Of a stretch of DNA of 64,000 nucleotides, positions 29,332 through 38,265 are shown one piece after another. The position numbers were made by a program, and so were the translations under genes. The stretch spans positions 367,487-431,486 of the forward strand of contig AP024682.1 in the NCBI GenBank assembly GCA_025999395.1, in the 5' to 3' direction. The notes under the pieces were generated by a model. That model had not been told where the DNA came from. It ran no database searches and saw nothing but the letters and a program-made list of their open reading frames with translations. How positions within the stretch are numbered: the first letter of the stretch is position 1; the number at the start of each line of letters is the position of its first letter. This DNA is from Candidatus Parcubacteria bacterium. GTDB lineage: Bacteria; Patescibacteriota; Minisyncoccia; UBA6257; JAGOQP01.

Positions 29332-29610
29332 ATGAGAAAGTATCTTTTTATTTTTCTTTTGATAATTTTAATTCTGCTTGTCATCTACTTTTTAGGAGGG
29401 ATTTTTTCGTTCAGATATCATCACAAAAAATGCCCTCAAATTGTAGATGAATTTGGGATGCCAATACTTGATTTTAGAAAGAAAAGTACTTTCTGTCTAA
29501 TTATAGAGAGAGCTTTTAAACTAAATTTGATTTTAAATCCGGAAACGGCACGGTCAATAATGCTTAAATGGCGTGAATTTCATTATAATCTTATAAAAAC
29601 GTTGAAATAG
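29332..29610 (+). CDS. Hypothetical protein with N-terminal TM/signal anchor
   Basis: 92-aa ORF fills the lysS-serS gap; hydrophobic residues 4-27; TATAAT upstream. Confidence 0.55.
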   Translation: MRKYLFIFLLIILILLVIYFLGGIFSFRYHHKKCPQIVDEFGMPILDFRKKSTFCLIIERAFKLNLILNPETARSIMLKWREFHYNLIKTLK

Positions 29611-29668
29611 CAAAGTGGCTATGAGATAATTTACATCATTACAATTATTGCTCTGAGTTGTATCATCT

Positions 29669-30898
29669 ATGCTTGATATTGAACTTATTCGCCAAAATTC
29701 TCAAAAAATAAAGGATATGATGATTGCTCGCAATCTTTCTGTCGAGATAGTCGATAAGTTTCTTTCTCTTGATGAAAGATGGAGAACTTTGGTAAACCAA
29801 TTGGATCAAGCTCGAGCTCTTCAAAAAAGACTTTCGGAAGAAAAAAAAATTGAAGAAGCTAAGAAGAATAAAGAGTTAATCAAAGAAAAAGAAGAAGAAT
29901 TATCAAAATTAGAAGAAGAAAGATTTAATCTTCTTTTAGAAATTCCTAATATTCCCTTTGATGATGTTCCTCGAGGAAAGGATGAATCGGAAAATGTAGT
30001 ATTGAGAGTGGTTGGGGAGATTCCTCAATTTAGTTTTACTCCCAAGGATCATTTAGATTTAGGGGAAGCTTTGGATATTATTGATACTAAAACTGCTTCT
30101 GAAGTAGCAGGAAGTCGCTTTGGTTATCTAAAAAAAGAAGCGGCTTTATTAGAAATTGCCTTAGTAAACTATGCCTTTGAAATTTTAACTAAAGAAGGCT
30201 TTGAACCTGTAATTCCTCCGGTTTTTATTAAACCGGAAGTTTATAAAAAAATGGGTCGTCTTTCAGAAAGTCAAAAGGAAGAAAGATATTATTTAGAAAA
30301 AGACGATCTTTACTTGGTAGGAAGTGCTGAACACACCTTAGGTCCTTTGGGAATGAATAAAGTTTTTTTGGAAGAAGAACTTCCTAAAAGATATGTTGGT
30401 TTTTCCACCTGTTTTAGAAGGGAGGCAGGAAGTTATGGGAAGGATGTAAAAGGAATTTTAAGGGTTCATCAATTTGATAAAGTGGAGATGTATTCTTTTG
30501 CTCATCCGGAAAAATCAGAAGAAGAACATCTTTTCCTTTTATCGATGCAGGAAAAGATTTTTCAAGGATTAAAAATCCCTTATCGAGTGGTGGCTATTTG
30601 CACCGGTGATATGGGGCCTACTGATGCTCGCCAGTTTGATATAGAAGCTTGGATGCCTTCTCAAAATAAGTACCGAGAAATAGCCTCTTGTTCTAATACT
30701 ACTGATTATCAAACAAGAGGAATCGGAGCAAAGGTAAAAACAAAAGACTCCACAAAATTAGTGCACGCTCTTAATGCCACCGCTATTGCTATTGGGAGAA
30801 CAATTATTGCTATTTTAGAGAATTTTCAACAGGAAGATGGAAAAGTCTTAGTTCCAGAAGCCCTTTGGAAATATACGGGTTTTCGAGTAATAGGATAG
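29669..30898 (+). CDS. serS: Serine--tRNA ligase
   Basis: MLDI..IR, CFRREAGSYGKD.KG..RVHQFDKVE, EI.SCSN.TDYQ.R. Confidence 0.97.
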   Translation: MLDIELIRQNSQKIKDMMIARNLSVEIVDKFLSLDERWRTLVNQLDQARALQKRLSEEKKIEEAKKNKELIKEKEEELSKLEEERFNLLLEIPNIPFDDVPRGKDESENVVLRVVGEIPQFSFTPKDHLDLGEALDIIDTKTASEVAGSRFGYLKKEAALLEIALVNYAFEILTKEGFEPVIPPVFIKPEVYKKMGRLSESQKEERYYLEKDDLYLVGSAEHTLGPLGMNKVFLEEELPKRYVGFSTCFRREAGSYGKDVKGILRVHQFDKVEMYSFAHPEKSEEEHLFLLSMQEKIFQGLKIPYRVVAICTGDMGPTDARQFDIEAWMPSQNKYREIASCSNTTDYQTRGIGAKVKTKDSTKLVHALNATAIAIGRTIIAILENFQQEDGKVLVPEALWKYTGFRVIG

Positions 30899-30932
30899 TT
30901 TAAAACCCTACCAAATCAAAAGAAAATTGGAT

Positions 30933-31757
30933 ATGTTTGATTATTATCAGGAAAAGAAAAGAGAGGAAGTTATTAGAAAAAGAAGAAAGAAAAAATTTAT
31001 ATTAGCTTCTATTGTTTTTTTTCTTTTTTTAGGATTTTTGTTTTTTCTTTTTCATTCCAGTTTTTTTCAAATTAAAGCTTTAGAGGTTGAAGAAAAAGAC
31101 AATCATCAGCAGATAGCTGAAAAAAATTTAATCTCTGAAGTTTTTAGAGAAGAACTAAACAATCTTAGCTGGCCTTTAAACTGGATTTTTTCCAAAGATA
31201 ACCTCGTTCCTGTGCTTTTTAAAAAAGAAGTAATTATTGAAAAAGTTTTTCAATCTTTTCCTCTTTTTCGAGAAGTTGATTTAAAGGTTAATTTTTTCGA
31301 GAAAAAAGTTATTTTTCTGGTTAAAGAAAGAAATAAATTTGCTTTGTGGTGTAAAAAAACAAAAGAAGAATGCTTTTGGTTTGATGAAGAGGGAATTGCT
31401 TTTTTGGAGGCTCCCGTGGTAGAAGGAGAACTTATTTTCAAAGTTATTGATTATTCTGAAGGTGAAGTTAGAAAAGGGGAAAAAGTTCTTGCTGACAAAG
31501 ATTATTTAAAGAACTTAATCTCTGGTTTTGATTTTTTAAACAAAGCCGGCATTCCTTTGAGAACTTTGGAGTTAAAAGATTTAAGTTTAGCTGAGATTTC
31601 AACCCAAAAATTAAGTAATTTTCCTCAGATTCGTTTTAGTTTAAGGCATTCTCCCTTTTTTGCTTTGGAGGCAATTGAAAAAATAAGAAACATCTTTCCT
31701 CGACTTGAATATATAGATTTAACCGTTGAAAACAAAATATTTTACAAAGAGATATAG
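30933..31757 (+). CDS. Cell division protein FtsQ/DivIB-like
   Basis: Basic N-terminus, one TM, FFQIK..EV POTRA-like start, V.ER...A.W, D.EG, C-terminal YIDL...NKIFY; alternative TTG start at 30927. Confidence 0.65.
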   Translation: MFDYYQEKKREEVIRKRRKKKFILASIVFFLFLGFLFFLFHSSFFQIKALEVEEKDNHQQIAEKNLISEVFREELNNLSWPLNWIFSKDNLVPVLFKKEVIIEKVFQSFPLFREVDLKVNFFEKKVIFLVKERNKFALWCKKTKEECFWFDEEGIAFLEAPVVEGELIFKVIDYSEGEVRKGEKVLADKDYLKNLISGFDFLNKAGIPLRTLELKDLSLAEISTQKLSNFPQIRFSLRHSPFFALEAIEKIRNIFPRLEYIDLTVENKIFYKEI

Positions 31758-31768
31758 TAAAGCTAAAT

Positions 31769-33682
31769 TTATTCTAGTTCTAGATAATAAACAAAGATCG
31801 ATGTTCCAACACGAGCAAACGGCTGGCTGTAGCGACTCAGCCAGCTATATTCATCTTCGGGTTTTCTTTGAAAACCTTTTGTTGGGCGGGCGGTTGCTCC
31901 CTGAAGAGAGTTGATAGAAATAGCTAACCATTTAATACCAAAGTCAGCAGGATTTCCTTTGGCTGATTGCCAACTTACCGCCCTATCTTTAAGGTAGTAA
32001 AAAATATCTCCTCCTCCAAAGTAATCAACAGCAATTTTTTCTATCCCGTTTTTTTCTACAAAGTTTTTTAAACGGAGAAGATCTTGTCCCCAGTCATAAT
32101 TTGAATCAGTAACAAAGCGATAGCCATTTTTTACCCCTCCTCCAATTTGATTAAAATAAGAAATAAAGTAGGGAGTAGCTACGACCGTTTCTATTAATGC
32201 CCATACAAGCAAAAATAGAATAATCCCTATTTTTAGATGTTTAGAAGTAATTTTTTGAATTTCTTGCCTTAAATTAATTTTCGCTTCGTTTTTCTTATCA
32301 ACCCATTTTTTTAGAGATCCTGTTGCCAAAATGTAGATAAAGGGAATAGTGGGGAGAATGTGACGAAAACCAATGTTAAGAGGGCTGTTAATGCTATAAA
32401 GCCAATAAAAGATAACCATTACTAACATTGAAAATTCAGCGAAATTCATCATTAAATATTCTCTCAAAGAATTAAGATGACGAATCTTTTTGATAAATAT
32501 TCTACCTAGTCCCAAAATTATTCCTAAGAGAGTAATTATTAAAGCCGGCAAGCTTTCTTTAAGAAGAAAAACAACCGGGAAATAATACCACCAGCCTCCA
32601 CCACTAATTTCTCCCAAAAAGTAAGCAGTATTTCCCCCAGCTGATCTTTGCATTACCATCAATATTCCTAAAAGATAATGTCCCAAAGCCCTAAGAACAG
32701 GTACTTTAGCCATCCAAATATCTAAGTTAGCCAAACATCTTAAAGAGAGAGATTTGAGTTGACAACTTTTCCATTCTTTATCGGGGCCACCGGCAAAAGA
32801 ACTTAAGATAAACTCGGTGTCGGCTTGTTGTTTGGAAGCCGGGTAATTTAAGGTAAAGATGAAATAAACTAGCCAAACAACTGCTAATCCTATCAAAAAG
32901 ATAATTACTAAAGACTTTAGATAACTAATTAAAAAAGAAAAGGAATTTTTTGATTTTAAAAGGATATTTTTTTCCTTACAAGAAATAATCCAATGAATAA
33001 TCGTCAGAAAAAGAAAGAGCGGAACCAAAAGAATAACCGAAAATTTCATCAATTGAGCAATTCCAAAAAAGATTCCGGCCAGAATAGTGTTTTTGGGGGT
33101 AGGGGAGTTTAATTGCTTGTTAAAGAAGTAAAGTCCAATAAAAAAACCCAAAGTAGCTCCTACATCTGTAGTTACATAGTGACCGTGAGCCAAAAAGTGA
33201 GGAGAAAAAGCAACTAAAAAGGCGGGAATTTGAGCCCACCATTTTCCAAAAAGCTTTCTTGACCACCAGTAAACAAAGACAACAAGAGTAATCGTAAGAA
33301 AAATAGGAAAGATTCTTGCTAGAAAAATGATCTCATCGGCTTTGTTTTCATTAAGCCAATAGATAAATTGATTACCTACTGCCCATTGCCCATTTACTTC
33401 TTTTGTCCAAATTTCTTGATTGAGAGGAAAATTTAGTTTTTTAAAAACCAAAGGAATAGCCGCTAAAACCTTTACTAAGGGTGGATGTTCGGGATTAAGC
33501 CGATAATCAAAAAATCGAAGGTAGCTGTAAGCAGCAGGAATATGGGCTAATTCATCCATAATAGCTGCTTCTTGAGAAGCGGAAAGAACCATTAAAAAAG
33601 TTGAAGATAAAATTATTAAGCTTAATAGAAGCCAAGAAAAAAAGCTCGAAATTTTGTTTTTTAAGTGATTAATTTGATCCAT
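31769..33682 (-). CDS. GT-C membrane glycosyltransferase (PMT/ArnT-like)
   Basis: DE motif after TM1 (IMDELAH), NPEHPPL.K, TD, K.S, many TMs, G.RH..P, DSNYDWGQDL. Confidence 0.8.
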   Translation of the reverse strand: MDQINHLKNKISSFFSWLLLSLIILSSTFLMVLSASQEAAIMDELAHIPAAYSYLRFFDYRLNPEHPPLVKVLAAIPLVFKKLNFPLNQEIWTKEVNGQWAVGNQFIYWLNENKADEIIFLARIFPIFLTITLVVFVYWWSRKLFGKWWAQIPAFLVAFSPHFLAHGHYVTTDVGATLGFFIGLYFFNKQLNSPTPKNTILAGIFFGIAQLMKFSVILLVPLFLFLTIIHWIISCKEKNILLKSKNSFSFLISYLKSLVIIFLIGLAVVWLVYFIFTLNYPASKQQADTEFILSSFAGGPDKEWKSCQLKSLSLRCLANLDIWMAKVPVLRALGHYLLGILMVMQRSAGGNTAYFLGEISGGGWWYYFPVVFLLKESLPALIITLLGIILGLGRIFIKKIRHLNSLREYLMMNFAEFSMLVMVIFYWLYSINSPLNIGFRHILPTIPFIYILATGSLKKWVDKKNEAKINLRQEIQKITSKHLKIGIILFLLVWALIETVVATPYFISYFNQIGGGVKNGYRFVTDSNYDWGQDLLRLKNFVEKNGIEKIAVDYFGGGDIFYYLKDRAVSWQSAKGNPADFGIKWLAISINSLQGATARPTKGFQRKPEDEYSWLSRYSQPFARVGTSIFVYYLELE

Positions 33683-33708
33683 TTTTTTATTTTTAAAGTT
33701 AATCTTTC

Positions 33709-33722
33709 TATATTATAATATA
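33709..33722. promoter_or_regulatory. Palindromic bidirectional -10 element
   Basis: TATATTATAATATA is a perfect palindrome giving TATAAT on both strands between divergent genes. Confidence 0.45.
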
Positions 33723-33765
33723 AGTTAAGAGTTATTTGAATTCCTTTGCTTTTTAAAAGAAAAAA

Positions 33766-34170
33766 ATGATAAAATCCAAGTATTTTTGGACTCAGCACGC
33801 TCTCCGGAAAATGAAATTTTATCAACTTTCTGAGAGTCGAGTTCGGCGAGTAATCAAAAGCCCCTTAAGAATAGAGGAGGGGATTGCTTATGGAACCATT
33901 GCGGTGATGCAGCCATCAAGTTATAAGGTGAGAAATAATCAAAAAACTTGGAGTCAGGAAATTTGGGTAATGTATCAAATTGCTAGTCCAAAACCATCGA
34001 TAGATAAAAAAAGTAAAGAAAAAGGGAAAGGACAATCAAAAATTGTTTCTTCGGGTGATAAACTAATAAAGATAATTTCTGCTTGGCGGTATCCGGGAAA
34101 AACTAATCCCGGAAGGAAACTACCTCCCGAAGTAATAAATGAAATTGAAGAAGCCCTAAATAGCTTGTAG
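33766..34170 (+). CDS. Hypothetical protein, DUF4258/RelE-like pattern
   Basis: WT.HA..KM...L....V..VI..P N-terminus and IKIISAW C-terminal strand. Confidence 0.55.
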   Translation: MIKSKYFWTQHALRKMKFYQLSESRVRRVIKSPLRIEEGIAYGTIAVMQPSSYKVRNNQKTWSQEIWVMYQIASPKPSIDKKSKEKGKGQSKIVSSGDKLIKIISAWRYPGKTNPGRKLPPEVINEIEEALNSL

Positions 34171-34199
34171 TTTTGAAATATTGAAGAAATTAAAAAATG

Positions 34200-34208
34200 T
34201 GATATAAT
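34200..34208 (+). promoter_or_regulatory. Extended -10 promoter placed for a leaderless tyrS mRNA
   Basis: TGATATAAT, then 6 nt, then ATG (34215); TTGAAG at 34181. Confidence 0.65.
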
Positions 34209-34214
34209 TTAAAA

Positions 34215-35411
34215 ATGTCATCAAAAGTTAGTAAAGAAGAAATTGAAGAGATTTTAGAAAGGGGAGTGGCAGAGGTGATTGATAAGGAAGATTTAAGAAA
34301 AAGGCTTTTGGGAAGAAGCAAGTTGAGAGTGAAATTAGGTATTGATCCAACAAGCCCTAATATCCATTTGGGAAGGGCGGTTTCTCTTTTAAAATTAAGA
34401 GATTTTCAAAGATTAGGGCATAAAATTATTTTTATTATCGGTGATTTTACCGGGGTAATTGGTGACACTTCTGATAAAGAAAGCGAAAGGCCGATGCTGG
34501 ATGAAAAAACAGTTAAAGCTAATTTAAAGACTTATATTCAGCAAGTTTCAAAAATTTTGGATATCAAAAAAGTTGAAATAAAATACAATTCCTCTTGGCT
34601 TTCTAAGTTAACTTATAAGGAAATTGCTTATCAAGCCAATCTTTTTTCTCTTTCGGATTTTATTGACAGGGAAAACATTAAAAGAAGATTAATAGAAGGG
34701 AAACGCGTTTCTTTAAGAGAAGTCCTTTATCCCTTAATGCAAGCTTATGATAGCGTAATGGTAAAAGCGGATGTGGAGGTTGGAGGAACGGATCAAAAAT
34801 TTAATCTTTTGGCGGGTAGAGAAATGCAGCGGTATTATAAACAAAGGCCTCAAAATATTTTGATGGTCAATCTTATCGAAGGAACAGACGGACGCAAGAT
34901 GAGTTCGAGTTGGGGCAATACTATCAATATTAATGATAAACCGAACGATATGTTTGGCAAAGTAATGAGAATTGATGATGATTTAATTATTAAATATTTT
35001 ATTCACTGCACCCGAGTTCCTTTGAAAGAGGTTCACGATTATGAGAGACAACTCAAGCAAGGAATTAATCCAAGAAATATTAAAATGATTTTAGCCTACG
35101 AAATTACAAAGCTTTATTGGGGAGAAGAAGAAGCAGAAAAAGCTCGAAACTTTTTTATTTCTGCTTTTCAAAAAAAAGAAGCTCCCTTATCAGGGATTAA
35201 AACCTTAAAAGCAAAGAAAGGGACTACTTTTTTTGAGGTGTTATTAGCTAGCGGCTTTTTTAAAAGCAAGAGCGAATTAGCGCGACTTTTCAAGCAAGGA
35301 GCGGTTAAAACAATTGAGCCTCGATTAAGAATTGTTAACTTTCAGGATTTAGCGGTTGAAAGTGTAGTGAAAGTAGGGAAAAAGATCTTTTTCCGAGTTG
35401 AAATAGTTTAG
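34215..35411 (+). CDS. tyrS: Tyrosine--tRNA ligase
   Basis: GIDPT...HLGR, YPLMQAYD, GGTDQKFN, KMSSS, C-terminal S4-like domain. Confidence 0.97.
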   Translation: MSSKVSKEEIEEILERGVAEVIDKEDLRKRLLGRSKLRVKLGIDPTSPNIHLGRAVSLLKLRDFQRLGHKIIFIIGDFTGVIGDTSDKESERPMLDEKTVKANLKTYIQQVSKILDIKKVEIKYNSSWLSKLTYKEIAYQANLFSLSDFIDRENIKRRLIEGKRVSLREVLYPLMQAYDSVMVKADVEVGGTDQKFNLLAGREMQRYYKQRPQNILMVNLIEGTDGRKMSSSWGNTININDKPNDMFGKVMRIDDDLIIKYFIHCTRVPLKEVHDYERQLKQGINPRNIKMILAYEITKLYWGEEEAEKARNFFISAFQKKEAPLSGIKTLKAKKGTTFFEVLLASGFFKSKSELARLFKQGAVKTIEPRLRIVNFQDLAVESVVKVGKKIFFRVEIV

Positions 35412-35434
35412 TTTTCTTTTCTTTTTAAGAAAAG

Positions 35435-35605
35435 ATGAAAAGCTATTTTTTGAGATTAAAGATTTTTTTAAAAGAGAGAAAAAAAGAAATACTTCTTATT
35501 ATTTTGGCTTTTTTAATAATTGCTTTGGCTTTTGCTTTGGGCTATTTAACCGGAAGGGATTTTTTGGAAAAAACTCCTATTATTATCAATAAATATTCTT
35601 GTTAA
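35435..35605 (+). CDS. Small single-TM membrane protein (56 aa; not in ORF track)
   Basis: Read manually: MKSYFLRLKIFLKERKKEILLIILAFLIIALAFALGYLTGRDFLEKTPIIINKYSC*; 23 nt after tyrS. Confidence 0.65.
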   Translation: MKSYFLRLKIFLKERKKEILLIILAFLIIALAFALGYLTGRDFLEKTPIIINKYSC

Positions 35606-35644
35606 AGGTTTAAAGGGGGAGAGAGAGAAAGTTTAAATTTACTC

Positions 35645-36427
35645 TTACTCTAAGTAGCCTATTTGTTTTAACCAGTATTCATTTTCCCATTCCCAAAGTT
35701 TTTTGGCTCCTAAGAAAGCTTGATAATCGCTTTTCCAATAAGGAAATTCTTTTAGTTCTATTTCTCCCACTAACTCACTCCATTCATGTTGACAAGCTTC
35801 TGATTTGGTTTTGATGTTTTTATCGTTTGGATCCCAAGCAAGACGAATTTTTTCTCTCCCTCCTTTAGGGCGTAAAGTAGCTCCACATTTAAGACATTTC
35901 TTGTGTTGATCGACTCTTAAAATCCAACGGGTTTGAAGATTGGGAAAATCTTTTTCTAAGGCTGCCATATAAGCGGAAGTTTGAAGATTATAGTCTCGAT
36001 AAATAGATTGGGAAGTTTTAATATCCAAAACTCCGAATTTCCCGTTAATTAAAGCTAAAGCATCAAGAGTTCCCGCGTAGCGCTCTTCAAAATTAATTAT
36101 TCTTTTTTCTACTTGTTCAGGGTCTACTTGAATGCGATTTTGTTCAATAAAATTTAGAAAAGCTTCAATGGCTGGTTTAATAGATTCATCAATAGTAGGG
36201 GATTTACCTGTCAAAATTCCTTCTATAGTTTCGTGAATAAGCGTTCCCTCGGAGGCAGATTTAGCTTTAATATCTTCTCCCTCAGCAAAAGAGTTCATTT
36301 CAGCATAAAACTTATAAAGGGCGGGTTTAGCTTTAATTTCAACGATTTTAGTTACTCGCGGATACCAGACTCCATCTATTTCGTAGCCGGCAACCTCTTT
36401 AAAGTGTTTGACATCAAAATAGTTCAT
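35645..36427 (-). CDS. PD-(D/E)XK nuclease (phage exonuclease/MGME1/Cas4-like)
   Basis: YP.VT.I, GT..H, E, AGT.D, D.KTS, Q..AY motifs; CxxC..C.H insertion. Confidence 0.8.
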   Translation of the reverse strand: MNYFDVKHFKEVAGYEIDGVWYPRVTKIVEIKAKPALYKFYAEMNSFAEGEDIKAKSASEGTLIHETIEGILTGKSPTIDESIKPAIEAFLNFIEQNRIQVDPEQVEKRIINFEERYAGTLDALALINGKFGVLDIKTSQSIYRDYNLQTSAYMAALEKDFPNLQTRWILRVDQHKKCLKCGATLRPKGGREKIRLAWDPNDKNIKTKSEACQHEWSELVGEIELKEFPYWKSDYQAFLGAKKLWEWENEYWLKQIGYLE

Positions 36428-36497
36428 AAGAGTAGATTAAAGGATATTTACTAAAGACTCTGAGGATAGTTTAAAATAGAACCTTAAATAAGTAAAG

Positions 36498-36586
36498 TTT
36501 TCGCATAAAAAGCATAGTGTTTCAAGCCGGGGAAGAGTAGAAAAAGATTTAATAAAGTGTCGCACAATATACCTTTTATGATATAT
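36498..36586. other. Two dif-like (Xer) candidate sites
   Basis: TTTTCGCATAA-N6-TAGTGTTTCAA (36498-36525) and GTGTCGCACAA-N8-TTATGATATAT (36557-36586), compared with E. coli dif GGTGCGCATAA-N6-TTATGTTAAAT; near the gene-orientation switch. Confidence 0.35.
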
Positions 36587-36615
36587 TATTATTGATTGAG
36601 ACTAAGATAAGGTTT

Positions 36616-36918
36616 TTATTTAAATAGATTAAGAAGCCAATTAAAGATATCGATTAAGATATTAAAAAGAGCTATAAAAAGATTGATGATCAGCTTAAAA
36701 ACAGACAAAAGAAAGTCAACCAATTCCTTACCTATCTTAGTAGAATTAATAAAGAAAAATATCTTCTTAAAGAAAGAAACAATCAAAGAAAAGAGCTCAA
36801 CTAATTTTTCCCATAGATCCTTTTCTTTCAGAAAGTTGACTATAGAGCCCAAGCTCTCTCCCCATTTTTCCAGATTAAAAAGGCTATTTAAATCTGGTTG
36901 TTGAGATGGAAAAGACAT
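36616..36918 (-). CDS. Hypothetical amphipathic helical protein
   Basis: 100-aa ORF with an extended -10 (TGCTATAAT) 9 nt upstream of the ATG. Confidence 0.6.
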   Translation of the reverse strand: MSFPSQQPDLNSLFNLEKWGESLGSIVNFLKEKDLWEKLVELFSLIVSFFKKIFFFINSTKIGKELVDFLLSVFKLIINLFIALFNILIDIFNWLLNLFK

Positions 36919-36952
36919 ATCTTTTTAATTATAGCAAATTTTAATAATGAGA

Positions 36953-38233
36953 TTAGAGTGCCAGATAGTTACGAGGATTAATATCACCGCCATAAGGCAT
37001 TTTAGGACCACAGGATTTACTGTTATCAATTCTGAAGGTAGAAGAATCATAAACAGTGAAGTGAAGATGAGGACCGGTAGCATAACCAGTGCTCCCCACA
37101 TAGCCAATAATTTGTCCTCTTTCTACTTTTTCTCCTTCTTTAACAACATACAAAGAAAGATGGGCATACAAAGTGGTAAGGCCAGAATAATGACGAATGG
37201 CTACATACTTTCCGTAAGCGCCTTTATAGCAATATCGATCTTGATTTTCTGCAGCTACTACTATTCCCTCTTGAGCAGCATAAACTGGAGTTCCCAAAGG
37301 GGCGGCAAAGTCTAATCCGTTATGCCATTTTCCTCGGTAAGCTCTTTGAGCAAATTTTGTTGCGCCATAATCTTGGGTAATAGAAGAAAAAGTAGCTAAA
37401 GGTAAGCTTAAAAATCCCGGTGCTTGTTGAGGAAGATTTTTGTAATTAATTTGAGTTCTTAATTGAGCCTCCATTTTTTCTATTTCTAAAGCAATGGCTA
37501 ATTGTCTTTCTTCTAATTCTTTAAGGTAGGCTTGGTAAATTTTTTCCTTATTTTTGGTTTCTTCTAAAAATTTTGCTTTTTCTTTTCTTATTTCGTCAGC
37601 AATGATTTTCTTGTTTTTTAAATTCTGATGTTCAATTTCTTTTTGAGTTTTAATGGCAGCGGTTTTTTCTAAGATCGAGTTAAGATTGTCTTTTGCTTGT
37701 TTTAGCTCGTTAATACTTATTAAAATGTTGCTATTAATGTCATAAAGAGATTGGACATCTGAAATCCCTTCAGAGAGAGTTTTGTTTCTTAAAAAAATAA
37801 GAAGAAGGTTATCTTCTTCTTTTTGTTGTAGTTGTCTTAAAACTTCTCCTAAAGCTTTTCCTTTAAGTTCGATTTCTTTTTCTGCCTGACTAATGTCTTT
37901 CTGCAAAGAATCCATTTCCAATTCTAATTTTTCAAGAGTAACTTGACTGGAATAAATATTAAGCTCAATTTCTTTTAAATCAGCATTTATCTTTTTTAAC
38001 TCTGACGAAAGAGTATTTTTTTGAAGTTGGGTTTCTTCTATCTTTTTTCTTTGTTCTAAAATCTCTCTATTGATTTTTTGAAGCTCTAAGGTTTTGGCAT
38101 CTATTTGAGCCTTCAAATTTTCTTTATTGGCTACTTCAGCTAAACCAAAATTGATAGGAAAAATTATTTGATTTAGCAAAAAGATGATAAATACAAAAAA
38201 ACTTGTTGTTGCTGAAAGGTAAGAATTTTTCAT
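36953..38233 (-). CDS. Coiled-coil M23 family peptidoglycan endopeptidase (EnvC/CwlO-like architecture)
   Basis: Signal peptide, long coiled coil, HNGLD, LYAHL, G.TG.ATGPHLHF (Zn ligands intact). Confidence 0.9.
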   Translation of the reverse strand: MKNSYLSATTSFFVFIIFLLNQIIFPINFGLAEVANKENLKAQIDAKTLELQKINREILEQRKKIEETQLQKNTLSSELKKINADLKEIELNIYSSQVTLEKLELEMDSLQKDISQAEKEIELKGKALGEVLRQLQQKEEDNLLLIFLRNKTLSEGISDVQSLYDINSNILISINELKQAKDNLNSILEKTAAIKTQKEIEHQNLKNKKIIADEIRKEKAKFLEETKNKEKIYQAYLKELEERQLAIALEIEKMEAQLRTQINYKNLPQQAPGFLSLPLATFSSITQDYGATKFAQRAYRGKWHNGLDFAAPLGTPVYAAQEGIVVAAENQDRYCYKGAYGKYVAIRHYSGLTTLYAHLSLYVVKEGEKVERGQIIGYVGSTGYATGPHLHFTVYDSSTFRIDNSKSCGPKMPYGGDINPRNYLAL

Positions 38234-38265
38234 GAAACCAATATTTTTTCAGGAAGTTTCTTGAT

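Noticed and set aside
35645-36615. CRISPR-Cas locus from the Cas4-like nuclease
   Set aside because: No repeat-spacer array or other cas genes in the window.
36947-37315. 122-aa + strand ORF, and the other short antisense or nested ORFs in the track
   Set aside because: Shadows of well-supported genes with no independent motifs.
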